A stretch of DNA of 64,000 bases from a virus (Duplodnaviria > Caudoviricetes). The DNA is taken from positions 96,001-160,000 of IMG/VR virus record IMGVR_UViG_3300032327_000953, one strand, 5' to 3'. A program made the translations under genes and the position numbers. The notes below the pieces were generated by a model. It worked only from the letters and a program-made list of their open reading frames with translations, was not told where the DNA came from and did no database searches. This document shows positions 35,346 to 48,550 of the stretch, piece by piece (position 1 is the stretch's first letter; every line of letters starts with the position of its first letter).

Positions 35346-36239
35346 AAGGTATAAATATGCAAATAGAAATTACTAAGCAAGAAGCATGGAAACTAATAGA
35401 TGCTATTAATGCCTATATGAAAGATTATACTGTTACAGGAGCTGTTCATAAAACTTTTGACAATATTTCCAAAAAGCTAAAAGAAGTAGTAAAGGAATAA
35501 TATGTCTCTTAGAGATTTTAGAAATGTGGAATATTATCGTCTTAAAGATGATCATACTTGGGATATACAGAAAATGTTAGTTCCTGTAGAAGTTCCATAT
35601 GATCATTGTCTAGAATATATTTGGACAGAGTTAGTTGGTCTTGATCTTAGACATAATCTACAAACTATCGCCATATATAATTTTTCCAATGAAATTGTTT
35701 CTTTTTCTGACAATGTTGAAGCAGAGGAGGTGTGTACCTAATACTAGTCTGTGGATTTCCATGGTCAAGGTGGATTTATTGAGATACTAGGGTAGTAGTA
35801 AGTATTAGTATTCTTAGTAAGATATAACATCCCCCGACCTGCATAATAATTATTCTATTCCCCCACTCTTGTCAAAGGACGAATTTTTTATGAGTTGTAT
35901 GCTATTTCTTGCTTTTAGCATGTGTTTGTTTGCGGGAATGACAGATTGCCTAGTAAAACAGGGTCAGTAACTTTGTGACTTGCCACGGCTTGGGCCATGG
36001 ATACTATACGAACAGAGGTGTGTGTTGGTTGGCGAAAGTTTAATTTCTGGAATACTCTTGGTGTTTGTGATAGGAATATTTTCTTTAATCATGGATAGTA
36101 TTTATTCTAAGTCAGAATATTACTCTCCTAAATTAAAACATAAAGAATCTACTAAATACCAACCAGAGCCAACCTATAGGAATGATAGTTTATTCAAGGA
36201 TGATGAGTACGAATATTAAACCTTAACTAAGGAGATTTT

Positions 36240-36452
36240 ATGAAGTATGTGCTAATGATTGTTCTTTCACTAGTTTCGGCAACATCATTTGCTGGAGAGT
36301 GTGCTACTGGTAATTGCTCTTTGCGTAGTCGAGTAGTTAATGTTACACGCGAAGTTATTAGCGTACCAGTAGAAGTAACACGTCGAACTGTTGAGGCTAC
36401 TCGTAATGTTGGTCGCAGAACTGTGGCCCGCGTTCGTAGTGTTGTTCGATAA
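36240..36452 (+). CDS. Secreted-type Arg/Val-rich small protein
   Basis: Signal MKYVLMIVLSLVSATSFA, then GECATGNC and repeated V..TR. Confidence 0.6.
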   Translation: MKYVLMIVLSLVSATSFAGECATGNCSLRSRVVNVTREVISVPVEVTRRTVEATRNVGRRTVARVRSVVR

Positions 36453-36603
36453 CAATATAATCATGGTTGATAATCAAAAGGGTCAGGAAGAACTTGTTTG
36501 ATTATAGATCATAAAGAAAAGATAAATCCCCCGATGCCTCTTAACAATGCACACTTTCGGGGGTCTTTTCTTGAATATACATTTTTTACTCAAGGAGGAA
36601 CTT

Positions 36604-36948
36604 ATGAAGATTTTTATAATGTCAATTGCACTAGTTTTTGTCATTACTTTTACCGCAGAGGCGGCTCGACCAAAATATTATAGTCAGTCAAATACTATGG
36701 TAGGAACTTATACTAGTAGTCATGGTTCAAGCAGTGATCAGGATCGTTGTCAAGCAGAGGCTAATCATATGGCAGCTAATAACATTACTGGTCATGTGTG
36801 GAGTGTTATTGGAAATTTTGAAGGAGTAGGTTATGGTTCGTCTCCCAATTGTAATACTTGTACTCCAAGTGGTAATATGAGACTAACAGGAGATGCTTCA
36901 GCAAAAGGTGGTAATGGTAAATGGTATAGAGTAAGGTCTTGGAGATAA
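36604..36948 (+). CDS. Secreted-type protein, weakly CAP/SCP-like
   Basis: Signal peptide ending AEA; CQAEANHMA...GH...FEGVG. Confidence 0.55.
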   Translation: MKIFIMSIALVFVITFTAEAARPKYYSQSNTMVGTYTSSHGSSSDQDRCQAEANHMAANNITGHVWSVIGNFEGVGYGSSPNCNTCTPSGNMRLTGDASAKGGNGKWYRVRSWR

Positions 36949-36957
36949 TATCTTCAG

Positions 36958-37030
36958 GCAAGAGTAGCTCAATTGGCAGAGCGTCAGGTTTCCAACCTGA
37001 ATGTTGAGGGTTCGATTCCCTTCTCTTGCT
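36958..37030 (+). tRNA. tRNA-Gly(UCC)
   Basis: gcaagag/ctcttgc acceptor; tcagg-tttccaa-cctga. Confidence 0.92.
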
Positions 37031-37941
37031 TTTAATGTAATACCTAATGCTTTAGGTTTGGTTATTGATGTTATAGTCAGCACGATTTAAGATGATAGTG
37101 TAAAAATTTCGCTGGACCCTGGAATCCCCTATGGTATAATACAAGAGTCAACGGAGCCAATTATCAAGCATGGGTTAACTATGCGGGATAAATGGAATCA
37201 TGGGCAAAAGTGTTTTTAACTTTTAAACCATGAGGTGATTTATGAAAAGTAGATTAATAAGTTCGGACAATCGTATCGAGATTCAGAGAAAGTATATTGA
37301 TCAGATTCTGGGTGAATTAGATTTCATGCAGATCAAAGATAGATTAAGGGATTATCTAACTAAAGAAAAAGATAGATCATCCAACTACTCTTTAGAGTCT
37401 GAGATTAGGAAAGAAGCTCCTGAAATTTTAGTTGATAATTGGGAAGATTTCGATCAACCCGCAACATTAACTAGAAATAGGAAGAAAGACTTCCATTCAG
37501 ATGATCCTTCAGAAGAACAGGAGGAGTATCACCATGCCTAAAACTTTCCATAGAATTATTTCTTTTGAAGTAGAGGGTGAAATTTATGACAACTATACTA
37601 CTCCAGAAGAAGTTCTAAAAAGCTATGAGTGGAAATTTAAAGGATTTCACGACAATCATGAGGATAAATGTTTCTTAGAATCATCTCATGAAAATAGTCG
37701 TGGACGCATTACTAAAATAGTGCGAAAGAATAAAATCGGTAAGACCGATAAAGCGGATACAGAAACTTTTACAATTAAACAATGAGGTGCTTTATGAATT
37801 ATCAATTGCTATATTGGAGCGTTGGTGGATTAGTAACATTGTTAGCATTAGTATCACTATATTATTACTCATGCCATTGTTCTCCTCCAGCGATTAAATA
37901 ATAAGTTCTACTTGAGGCCAAACGCCCCAGGTATACTATAG

Positions 37942-37981
37942 ATAGGGGATCAGTCAGAAATGATTGGTCTCCTATTTTTTT
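37942..37981 (+). terminator. Intrinsic terminator
   Basis: ataggggatcagtca-gaaa-tgattggtctcctat followed by a T tract. Confidence 0.75.
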
Positions 37982-40900
37982 ATTAACTTTTGGGTAGCTT
38001 AAGCTTGGCTCACCTAAAGATATCGGGTCGATTTTTATGATAACAGTCAGTTGAAATTACTATGTTAGCTTTCAAAATATCAGAACAAATGAGTTGTGAC
38101 TCTATATGTATGCAAATTCAAAACTATATCAATAGCTATCAAAAAACTAATGGGGCCGGCTCTGCTACTGGTAAGATAATGAGAATATCTATTCAAGATG
38201 TGACAGATAGTGAAACGAAGAATGAAGTTCTTGGTATTGAGTTCAAAAATTAGTTGGTTGACAATAGCAAAAATATTTGTATTATAAGCTATATGTATTA
38301 GCTAAACTACCGGTTTCGGTTTTTATGGTAACAGTCAGTCAAAATTATACAGAAAGAATTATTATGGCTAAGAAAACATCCAGCAAGAATAGTAAAAAAT
38401 TTCCCAAGACTAAGACTCCTAAACTTAATAAGGTAGTAACTTCCAGTAAGGATGATTGTGATGGAGGAAGTTGTCCAATAGATAAAAAAAAAAAGAAGAC
38501 TATTGCCGCACAATCGGCACCAGTTGTTCCTCAAGTATCTTTGTGTTCAAGAGTCATGGCGGCTCTTTTCTTTTGGAAATAATATAGTGGCCTATGGATA
38601 ATTTAATACAAGATTTAGCCGGATTTATGATAGGATTAATAGTAGTAGAATCAGTAGTATATGTTGGCGCCTTGTATTTTATCTCTTACTTATCTAGGAA
38701 AGATAAAGATGATAGCTCAAATAATTTCCATAGTTAGAAAACCCATCTGTCCAACATTCATACATGACGATCCCACTCGCATATTCATAATACTCATAGC
38801 ACTACTACTACTCTCAGCCATAATGGCCAAAATTCTAAGGTATTTTAATGATACATAATGAACCACTCATTTTATATGGGCCACAGATAATTCTTTCCTG
38901 CATCATTCTCTGGTCAGCATTAGTGTTATATTTAGAAGAATACTTACATGAGGACGATAATTATGAGTAAATCAAAATTTGAAGAATTTCACGTTCCTTT
39001 CATTAAAAGTCTAGCTTTTGTGGGGCTAGTTACTATAGTTTCTATGATTTCTGTACGATATTACCTACTAAAATCATTTTCTCCACCATCAAATCCCACC
39101 ATTTATACCTCTACCAATTCGCCAATCAAGCCCAATTAAGGGTATTTTTAGCTAATATGAGCTATTTATCGGCTAATTGAAACTTAATTCACTTATTATC
39201 TTACGCCGTGGTGAAAATTAGAGTGTTACAGACTGAAATTATACCATAACTGGCTAAAGTTGTCAATCCCATTTTGTCGATACTTGACAATGCCTTTACC
39301 TTGTGGTATGCTACTGTTACTGATAGGGGTAAAAAGTTTAATTTTAGGCTGAAAAAGTGAGATTTGTTATGTATAAACAGATTCAATTAACCAATAGTGA
39401 ACTAGAACTTTTAGCTTCTATAATCCACCATTATATTCATGAAAAGCAGAATAAACCGGGCTTTGAAATCAACAATGCTCACATTATGCTAAGGCATATT
39501 ATTGGGATAAATGCCCAAAAAGACAATAATCAAATAGTGTTTAGTGGGAAATGAACCCGGAATCAAAACAAATGAAAATTAATGAGTATATGTCTCTTGT
39601 TGCTGACTATATTGAGAATGAATATGGGCCAGATGAAGATTGTAAAGATTTAACTTTGGACGAAAAGTATGCGGTCAAAGAAATTCTAATGTCCCATTTT
39701 GAGTTGGATAATAGTATCAATAATGCAGCTAGTGATGTTATTAGCTACATTCGTGATAATAGGAAATGGATGAGGGAGAATATTAAATGATTGATAATGA
39801 AACTCTACAAAATGTTGTTATTAAAGAATACGAAAAGTCTCAAAAGAATATTCAGCCAGTATGGGTGGGCGAAGGATGGTACAAGGGTACTCCTAATTCT
39901 TTTAACTATTTCTCTTCTGGATTTGAGGCGGGCATGGAGTTTTATAAGCAACAAAATAAGGCCGATAAATGAACAATAATCCAATCAATGTACAATTACG
40001 TCAGAATAATATACTAACCACACCGGGTTATTATTTAATGAAACGAACAATTGTTAATGGAAACCCATATCTGGCTCATGTAAGACCTCTTTTGTCAAAT
40101 AGTAAAGAATTACATTTGTTTTTCGGTATGAGCGGTTTTCCATTAAAAGATTTGGAAAAAGATGCTTGGTGGAGTGACCAAGTTTCTATAGATTTTACAG
40201 GAGATAAATAATGAGTAGCGTTGTAATCAAAGATAGTTATAAGGCTGATGTTTTTAATTTCGATATGGAATGTTGGAAGCAGGAAGATCCAAAGGGGGAG
40301 TTATTTAATTTGACCATAAACAATGTTATTAGTTGGGAATGGATGAAATTTAAGTTTACAAAAGAAGAGCTAAAGGGGCTTGCTAATTTTATCAATAGTT
40401 TTGTTGATGAATCACAGGATTCTTGTTGACAATTGCCGATAACGATGGTATGCTTACGATCAAGGAGATATATATGAAAAATGATCCGTTGGGTGAGGCT
40501 TGTCGTCATCTTGCTAATTCTCAGACTATTATTGAGAGAAAAAATGCAGAAATTGAGAGATTAAGATTAACAGACGAGGAACGCGATACTATATATTGGT
40601 CTGCTGAACTTGCTTGTGCTGATGACAATGATGAATACGCATTGAGAAAAGCATGGGTGCTTCAATCATTGCTTGAAAGAACAAAGAATTAAAATGAAAT
40701 CAAATAATCTTTCTTTTAATCAGTTTATGTTGGCTATTGCTGATTATATTGATGATGAATATGGGGGAAATCGGTCATATTCATTGAGGAATTTAACTCA
40801 TGATGAAAGATATACTATAAATCATATGTTGCATATTCATTATGAGAACTATAATAGTATAAATAATACGGCTAATAATGTAATGAAATATTTATCTGAC

Positions 40901-42227
40901 AATAAAGCTTGGACAAGTAAGAATGATATCATGGAGAATAATTAATGAACGATAAACTGAAAAGTAATATCAGGAACTTTATTGTGGATTATGATAATAC
41001 TGTGAGTGATTTTAATATGGCCGATTATGATTTGTGGCTTGAGACTGCTGTTAATCTTTTAAAGGAAGTTTTGGAGAATAAATAATGACTAATCTACCAG
41101 AAATAGACAAAATATCAGTAATGAATCTGAAACCAGACGATATACTAGTTTTTAGTACCTATGATAAAATAGCTAGTAGTGTTTATTCAAGAATAGACCA
41201 AAAAATAACCGATTGGAAAGCCCAAAACAATATAAAAAACAAACATTTGATACTAACCTCTCTAAAACTAGAAGTATTATCAAAGGAACAGACTCAAAAA
41301 CTGGAAAATAACTAATGACTAGATTAAATTTGGATTTGACAACTAGACAGATTAATCTTTTATTTGAAAGTTTGGAAACATTACAGGCTTACTACAAGAC
41401 AACTAATACTAATACTATAAATGTTGAACGGGAAATTATTAATTTTACTAGGTATTTGGACAGTAAAGTATTTAAAGGAGAATAAATATGGCTGGACTTG
41501 TATTGTTTGGTATACTAGGATATATGGCTTGTATACGAATTTATGATTGGTGGAATGGATATGGGGATTTATTTTAATGGTAATGAATATCAAAAAAGAA
41601 TTACAAAATCTTGACCGTAATGATTTTATAGCAGTTTCACAACTTACTGATATGATAATATTTGATCTTACTGATCTTCTTATTATTGGGGGAGATGAAG
41701 TTATGTTGTCTGCCGCAAAAGACTATATGATTGACCTTATTAATCCCAACCTATTAGATTTTGATTCAAGTGAGTCTTGACAACATCCGATAAGGATGGT
41801 ATGCTTACTGGCAAAGAGATAACCAATGACCCTGCTAAGAACTCTGAATCTTGAATACGATCTTGTTGAGATTCATTATAATGAGCTTTTGAAGAATAAA
41901 CCTTACTTGGTGAGGGTTTTCTCATATAATAATACTGATCCCAGCGAACTACGTCTGGATGAAAAAGAAGTAAAAAATCTATATCAAACCCTTAAAGAAC
42001 ATGAGCTATTATGAAACCCATAATTTTAACAGATAAAGAAATTGAAGCGATTGAGTGGTACGCAAATTTTCACGACGGGATACATCGTGACACACTCCGC
42101 AATCTACTTGAAAGAATAAAGGATAAATAATGAGTATTCCATATAAAGGAAACTGTGAACATCTCAAAGAAGGATATTGTATAGCTTGCATATCCAAGAT
42201 TAGAGATAATTGGGGTGGATTTTAATA

Positions 42228-42845
42228 ATGAATAATTCAGATATTGTATTGGTAAGTGGTCATTGGCCGCTTACTGTTGAATTTGCTAATAAAACTAGAC
42301 AGAGCATACAGAATTATGCCAATTTGCATAAATATGATTTTCATTATGATGAAATAGAACCAATTGAAAAAGAAGTTTCAGCATTACATTTTAGGAGATG
42401 CAATATACTGCAAAGAGCATCAATAAAATTTCCAAATGCAAAATGGTATGTTTGGCTTGATACGGACATTTTTGCATACAGAACAAACCTAAAGATAGAA
42501 TCAGCAATAGATTTGTCAGATACCAATATTTTATATCATCTATTTCATGAAAAGCCTTGGACTTACTGTGTAAATACTGGAGTTAAATTTGTAAATCGTA
42601 ATGCTATTCAAATTGAATCAAATATATGGAATTTAAGAAATGAACCTGGATGTAATGAATTTCCATATGAACAAAAAGTAATGTGTGAAAAAATTATACC
42701 AAAATATCAAGATAGAATTAAAATACATGATCCTTATATTCTAAATTGTATAGAACAATTGTATCCTATAAATAATGCTATATTTGTTCATATGTGTTAC
42801 AGAAAAGAAAAAGAACGCAATCATTTGATAAATAAATTCATTTAG
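42228..42845 (+). CDS. Glycosyltransferase (GT34/GMA12-MNN10-like)
   Basis: NYANLHKYDF, WYVWLDTDI (DxD motif), VNTGV, FPYEQ. Confidence 0.7.
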   Translation: MNNSDIVLVSGHWPLTVEFANKTRQSIQNYANLHKYDFHYDEIEPIEKEVSALHFRRCNILQRASIKFPNAKWYVWLDTDIFAYRTNLKIESAIDLSDTNILYHLFHEKPWTYCVNTGVKFVNRNAIQIESNIWNLRNEPGCNEFPYEQKVMCEKIIPKYQDRIKIHDPYILNCIEQLYPINNAIFVHMCYRKEKERNHLINKFI

Positions 42846-43494
42846 AGATTATGGAGAAATATAAATGAAAATCCAAAATAAGAAAGAAATTGTTCTCAGT
42901 GTTAAAGATGTTCAAGATATTCTTTTTGATCATTTGACTAAAGAACATAAATTGAGCGGGGATTTTAGTTTTGACTTTGTTGTTATCAATAAACCATACC
43001 CATGTGGAATTCACGATGTTTGTGATCGTCATGAATTTGATGGAGTAAAGATTGTGGTGACTCATGAGTAAACAACTAACCTATGATGAATTAGTACAGA
43101 AAAATCTTGAACTAAGACAAATTATTACTACTCTTAGGAATCAACGAGAAGAATATGAAAAATGCACAGCAAGAATTAATCCTCCTAATAAAAGCTATAA
43201 GGACTTAGAAGATAAATTAGCTTCATTAGAAAACATCCATCAGGATAAAATTCAAGAATTGTGGGATAATCATATTAATCCCTTACAAAATGAAGTCAAA
43301 GACAGAAAAATTCAACTAGAATCAGCATATAAAGCTAGTGAATCTCAAAAAGATAGAATTAAAGAACTAGAGAGTATCATAGCTAATCAAAATACTATGA
43401 TTCATATGGCTGCTGGCTATATTAGTTCAACTCCTCAATTTAGAAATCAACATCCTATGAATGTATTAAAGTGGTTAAGAGGTATAATTATACA

Positions 43495-43971
43495 ATGAGT
43501 AAATTTCTAGACAATCAAAAAGCACAAGATATAACTGTTACTCTAATACTTTTTGGAGTAGTGATAGTTCTTACAGTCTTTTCAATGTTTATTCTTAATC
43601 CTATCCACAAAAAGAATATACAAAAACTATCAGAACCACCGCTGATAACTTGTAATCAATGTAAAGGTTCTGGAGAATATCCAACGGATGTTAATAAACT
43701 TATGATGGATGCTAGTTTGGCATTATTCATAAATCATCATCTAATGGTTGACAAGTGTGAAAAGTGTGTTAAACTACCCTACGGTGATGGTTACGATTAT
43801 TGCGACATTGTTCAGAACAAATACAAGATTTTACTTCAAGAATATGGTGCTGCTGGGCCGAAAATAGATATGGCGGCTTGTGATAAGTGTATGGGAATGG
43901 GCCAATTTACCACAATGAAAAAAGATGGGTCTTATATGACTCAAGAGGAATATGATCAGGAAAATAAATGA
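43495..43971 (+). CDS. Membrane-anchored DnaJ-type Zn-finger protein
   Basis: TM segment; CNQCKGSG and CDKCMGMG repeats. Confidence 0.6.
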   Translation: MSKFLDNQKAQDITVTLILFGVVIVLTVFSMFILNPIHKKNIQKLSEPPLITCNQCKGSGEYPTDVNKLMMDASLALFINHHLMVDKCEKCVKLPYGDGYDYCDIVQNKYKILLQEYGAAGPKIDMAACDKCMGMGQFTTMKKDGSYMTQEEYDQENK

Positions 43972-44057
43972 TGATTATATTTTATAGAGCAGTTTGTAAA
44001 ATTTGTGGTAGTAATTGGAAAAGATGTCCTAAATGTCAATTTGGAGTCTAGTAATTC

Positions 44058-44438
44058 ATGCGTGGTTTAAACGTGCAGAGTCCTTGGTCTACCCTTTTAA
44101 TTAATGGTCAGAAAACGGTCGAAACCCGCTCTTATCGACTCCCACAAAGATTAGAGGGAGTTGAGTTGGCACTGATTGAAACTCCGGGGAAATCGGCCAA
44201 GTTTAAGAGTAGAATTATTGGAACAATTACTTTTAGTGGTTGTATTCAATATTCCTCTAAAGAACAGTGGGAATCTGATGAGAGTAGACATAAGGTGAGC
44301 ATTGAGGATAGGACTTATGGTTGGAAGGATAAGCCTAAGTTTGGTTGGGTAGTAAAATCAGTCAAAAAATTTGAAAATCCAGTTGATCCTCCAGCCAAAC
44401 GTGGTATAATCTACGCTAGGGATTGTAACATTTCTTAG
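44058..44438 (+). CDS. ASCH-domain protein
   Basis: LNVQSPWSTLLINGQKTVETRS signature. Confidence 0.85.
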   Translation: MRGLNVQSPWSTLLINGQKTVETRSYRLPQRLEGVELALIETPGKSAKFKSRIIGTITFSGCIQYSSKEQWESDESRHKVSIEDRTYGWKDKPKFGWVVKSVKKFENPVDPPAKRGIIYARDCNIS

Positions 44439-45146
44439 GAGAAATAAAATGGATAACTATAACCAAAATTTTATGATTTCAGCTAATAAATGTGCTAAAT
44501 TCATATATAATGATCCTATTCAAAAAGAATCATATGAAGCACATATCCATCTTGGAAAAAATCCAAGAGATCATATTTATTTTGATGCTGCCTATGTATT
44601 AAACAAAGATGATGAATTGGATATTGACATTAACTATTATCAAGAAATCACTAATAGCTAGGAGTTTAAATGAGTTGGGTTTTTATTGTAGCTAGAGGAT
44701 CAACAGTTGAAAGAGTCAAAGTCTTTACTGATTATTTTGCAGGAGAGGCTTATACTAGTGAATATCTTAGGATAGAATTTGGGGTCAACGAGGTTGATTT
44801 CCCAGAATATCGTAAGGGAGAGTATTATCAAAGTGCTGATTCTGGAGTAAGTGTTGGTCTTTATAAGGATAATATCTAAAATGGAAAAATTGATTAATAC
44901 GTTCCCTTTGTTTCTTATCGTCTTTGTTGTAACAGTTTTGTTTTATCAATCCGAATATAAGGCAGAAGAATGTCAATTAAGGATTAGACAAGATAAGTCT
45001 ATATGCTTTTGTAATGGATTAAGCTTACCAGCAGAAAAGCAATGTCCTAGCATGGATGATTTGTAAAATATTTGATCTTACGATGTCTCTGTGGTACAAT
45101 GGGGTTTGTGAGACAGATTTACAACCTTTAAGTACTGGAGTTAATT

Positions 45147-45323
45147 ATGACGCCGTTCAAGATTAGTATCCTTATTGCAGCATTTCTAAGCTTTGCTTTA
45201 AGTACAGGACTATGGTTTAGTGGAGTAGAAGATGCAAAAGACTGTGGATTATTTGTAGGGTTGTGGGTTCCTAGTTTCTTATCTCTTGGCAATCTGTTAC
45301 TAAAAAACAGTAAAGGAGATTAA
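45147..45323 (+). CDS. Small two-TM membrane protein A (not in ORF track)
   Basis: ...LSTGLWFSG...GLFVGLWVPSFL. GGAG RBS. Confidence 0.65.
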   Translation: MTPFKISILIAAFLSFALSTGLWFSGVEDAKDCGLFVGLWVPSFLSLGNLLLKNSKGD

Positions 45324-45324
45324 C

Positions 45325-45540
45325 ATGGAAATGTACATATTTTTTGCTGGAGTAATTATGATGCTAATTGTTAGTTCTGGTTTAGCTATTAGTATTCTAT
45401 TTTTAGGTGATGTTAATCCAGACTCAAGAAGTAATCGTAGAGTAAATTATACATTAGCTGAACTTAAAGATAATAATGTATTGAAGAAATTAGTTAGCGA
45501 AGTTAAAAGATACAAAGTTAAACTTGATGAACAATCATAA
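45325..45540 (+). CDS. Small single-TM membrane protein
   Basis: GGAG RBS, hydrophobic N-terminus. Confidence 0.6.
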   Translation: MEMYIFFAGVIMMLIVSSGLAISILFLGDVNPDSRSNRRVNYTLAELKDNNVLKKLVSEVKRYKVKLDEQS

Positions 45541-45549
45541 AGGTGTGAT

Positions 45550-45714
45550 ATGATTAATATGGTAATTATTCCCGCTTTCATTAGCTTGTTATTAAGTTTA
45601 GGGCTAATGTTTAGCGGGATACCAAATGCAGAATTCTATAGTTTATATGTGGGCCTTTGGGTTCCAAGTATTTTATGCTATGGTATTTTGTTGTGTGTTG
45701 CAGGAAAGAAATAA
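45550..45714 (+). CDS. Small two-TM membrane protein B, paralog of A (not in ORF track)
   Basis: ...LSLGLMFSG...SLYVGLWVPSIL. Confidence 0.65.
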   Translation: MINMVIIPAFISLLLSLGLMFSGIPNAEFYSLYVGLWVPSILCYGILLCVAGKK

Positions 45715-47340
45715 TTGCTAATGAAGCATCTTGACAAACGCCGATAACATAGTATACTTGGGTATCCTTTGGAGAAAGTTTTATGAGTCCAACAGTTCAA
45801 CAAAAAGTTCAAGATTTGATTGATAAGTATTTCATTGGTCAGAATAACTACGAACTATCTATCAAACAAGATAACCTAGACAAATTCTTGTCAGAATACA
45901 ATAAGATTATTATTACTCGCACCGTAGAAGTTTGCGGCCTGCACTGATGAAACAAAATAGAAAAATTATTGATTTTGCTTTTCGACAATCTTTGTGTTGT
46001 GAGAATGATTTTTATCTTGAAATTTATCGACCAAAAACCAATGCTTTTGGTAATACAAGATATATTCCAATGGATAATCCTCATAGAATGAATAAGGCGG
46101 AACTTAAACTATTGGCTGACTTTATCTATAAATTTATCGGAGAAAAAAATGACAATTCAAGAATTGCGTAATTGCGGATATAAAGTAAAAGTTCTTCATA
46201 ATCGTCTTTACAACGGTTATTATAAATGGCAAGTAGGCAGCAAGACTGCGGAGGGTTATGGTTATGGGCCTATTGATCCAGATACTAAAGGTGGCTCAAC
46301 TCAAATCATAATTGATAGCCCGCATGGTAGTCATTATGAGGGGCTGGCTATTTGCAGCAAAAAAGAGAATTATAATAAGAAATTGGGAGTAAGAATTGCT
46401 CTTGGAAGATGTAATGTTAACCAAACTTTTTATATCCAATATGCTCAAATAAAGGCTGAAAATGAATAATGAAGAAAAAATTGAAGAAATTAAAAGAATG
46501 TGTTTGGGTATTATGCAATGCTGGAGTCAAAAATCTTCATACAACGATCCCTATGAAGATGGTAGAATTGTGGGACGTTCAACATTAGCTGAGACTATTT
46601 TGGATATTATTAATGAATCATACTCCTGATACTATTGTGAGTTTAGTCGGTGGGCCTTTATGCGGAGAAAGCGTTACTATGAAAGGCAATAGGATTCCTA
46701 ACAGTATTCCAATGTTTTCAGAAGGTAAATTTTATACATACAATCTTATTTTCAATCAAGAAGAAGATTGGACAAGTATTTATTATGAATATTCTAATGA
46801 AGTAATGGAGATCACTACTAATGGCTAAGAGTTTTCAAGATTTGATGAAGAAAACTTGCTCTAAAGATGTTATTATTGCAGGATACAAGAAAACTATGGA
46901 CTATTTTGCAGAATATATTGGACTAACTGATAGTCAACTTAAAAATACTACCAGAGTTCTTCCTAGCGGTTTTGAAACAAAAAAGATTTTTAGACCATAC
47001 TCAGTTACTACAAAAACAGTTAGCTATTATAATCCACCTAAAAGGCGTGATCCAGCACGAAGATGGCAATGAGAACATTTAAAGAAGAAGTAAGAAAAGT
47101 TCTTGACGATGTGAATTGTGATATTTGTGGAAAAAGTACCACTAACTATCCAGATGTTGGGCCAGATTATGCTACGCTAGAATCCTATTGGGGATATGGC
47201 TCAAGTAATGATGGATCAAAATATGAGATTCACATTTGTGAGAATTGTTTTGATGAAACTCTAGAATTTCTCAAACAAAAAAGAAAGAGCGTTTTGGGGC
47301 CATTTAGTTATCCTTATGATGTAGACCCTTTGGATGGAGT

Positions 47341-47952
47341 ATGAATAATTCAATAACTCTAATTGGTGATCTTCATGGCAAGTATAAAAACTATCATGAA
47401 ATTATCAGAGAAAAAGATCGTAATCCATATACCCTACAATTAGGCGATTTTGGATTTAAATATGATACATTAAAGAATGTTGACTCTACCAGACATTTAA
47501 TATTGCCTGGAAATCATGACAATTACAACGATTGCTACAATCATTCTCATTTCTTGGGTGATTACGGATATACTTCTCTTAATAGAGTAAAATTCTTCTA
47601 TTATAGAGGAGCATATAGTATTGATCGCGGAGATAGAACTATTGGTATTGACTGGTGGGAAGATGAACAGGTTACTATAGACCAATTCATGAAAGCTAGA
47701 GAACTCTATAGAATAGTTAAGCCAGACATTGTTATTACTCATGACTGTCCAGATGAAGTTGCTTTCCGTTTATTAAAACCACATCAAAGAAAATATGAGA
47801 ATTTAACAGGATGGGCTTTGCAAGAGCTATTTAATATTCATCAACCAAAGAAATGGAGATTTGGTCATTGGCATCAAAGTTGGAATATGAATATAAGCGG
47901 TACAGACTTTAGATGTTTAAACGAATTGGAAACGGAAGTATTGACAGTCTAG
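47341..47952 (+). CDS. Calcineurin-like metallophosphoesterase
   Basis: IGDLHG, LGDFG, PGNHD, THD.P, FGHWH. Confidence 0.9.
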   Translation: MNNSITLIGDLHGKYKNYHEIIREKDRNPYTLQLGDFGFKYDTLKNVDSTRHLILPGNHDNYNDCYNHSHFLGDYGYTSLNRVKFFYYRGAYSIDRGDRTIGIDWWEDEQVTIDQFMKARELYRIVKPDIVITHDCPDEVAFRLLKPHQRKYENLTGWALQELFNIHQPKKWRFGHWHQSWNMNISGTDFRCLNELETEVLTV

Positions 47953-48550
47953 AATCAGATAGTATAATTAAAATGTTGATGCCGAAAGGTCGGGGTAGCG
48001 GGTATCCTCACAATCAACTTCCGTAGGTTTTGTTTGCAGAAAAGTTTTCGTAAATTAACCAAAACCAATTCTGCTTTAATATAAGGAATAATTATGAGTC
48101 AAGATGAGAGGTTTGTCCTATTTTGGCTATATAATACAGTTGCCAAAAAGATGCCGGATAATCCTTATGGTTCTAATGATATTATAGTCAATGGAATTAA
48201 TGTAACAGAAACTGTTAGAAAGCTATTGCAAGATAGATTATTTGTATGAATGAAATAGAAAAAGCTAATATACTTGAAATCATAAAGTTATGTAATCGAA
48301 AGATTAAAGAACAAAAAGATCATGAGTCTACTTCTGGATATGGAGAAGATTATAATGATGGTAGGATTGTTGGTGGTGCGGCATTGGCACGAAGAATTCT
48401 GACTATACTAAAATATGTTGAACTTTGATTATGAGTGAATTACCAGATAGTAAAATTCCTTGGTGGGATAATCACTATGAAGATACTTATAGTGAAGAAA
48501 TAGAAGATGGATATCCTTATGATATGGGAACTAAAGTACAGGAATAAATT

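Noticed and set aside
38484-38494. 11-nt poly-A run as a phase-variation or frameshift site
   Set aside because: It encodes a Lys run in frame in an AT-rich gene, and no alternative-frame extension is evident.
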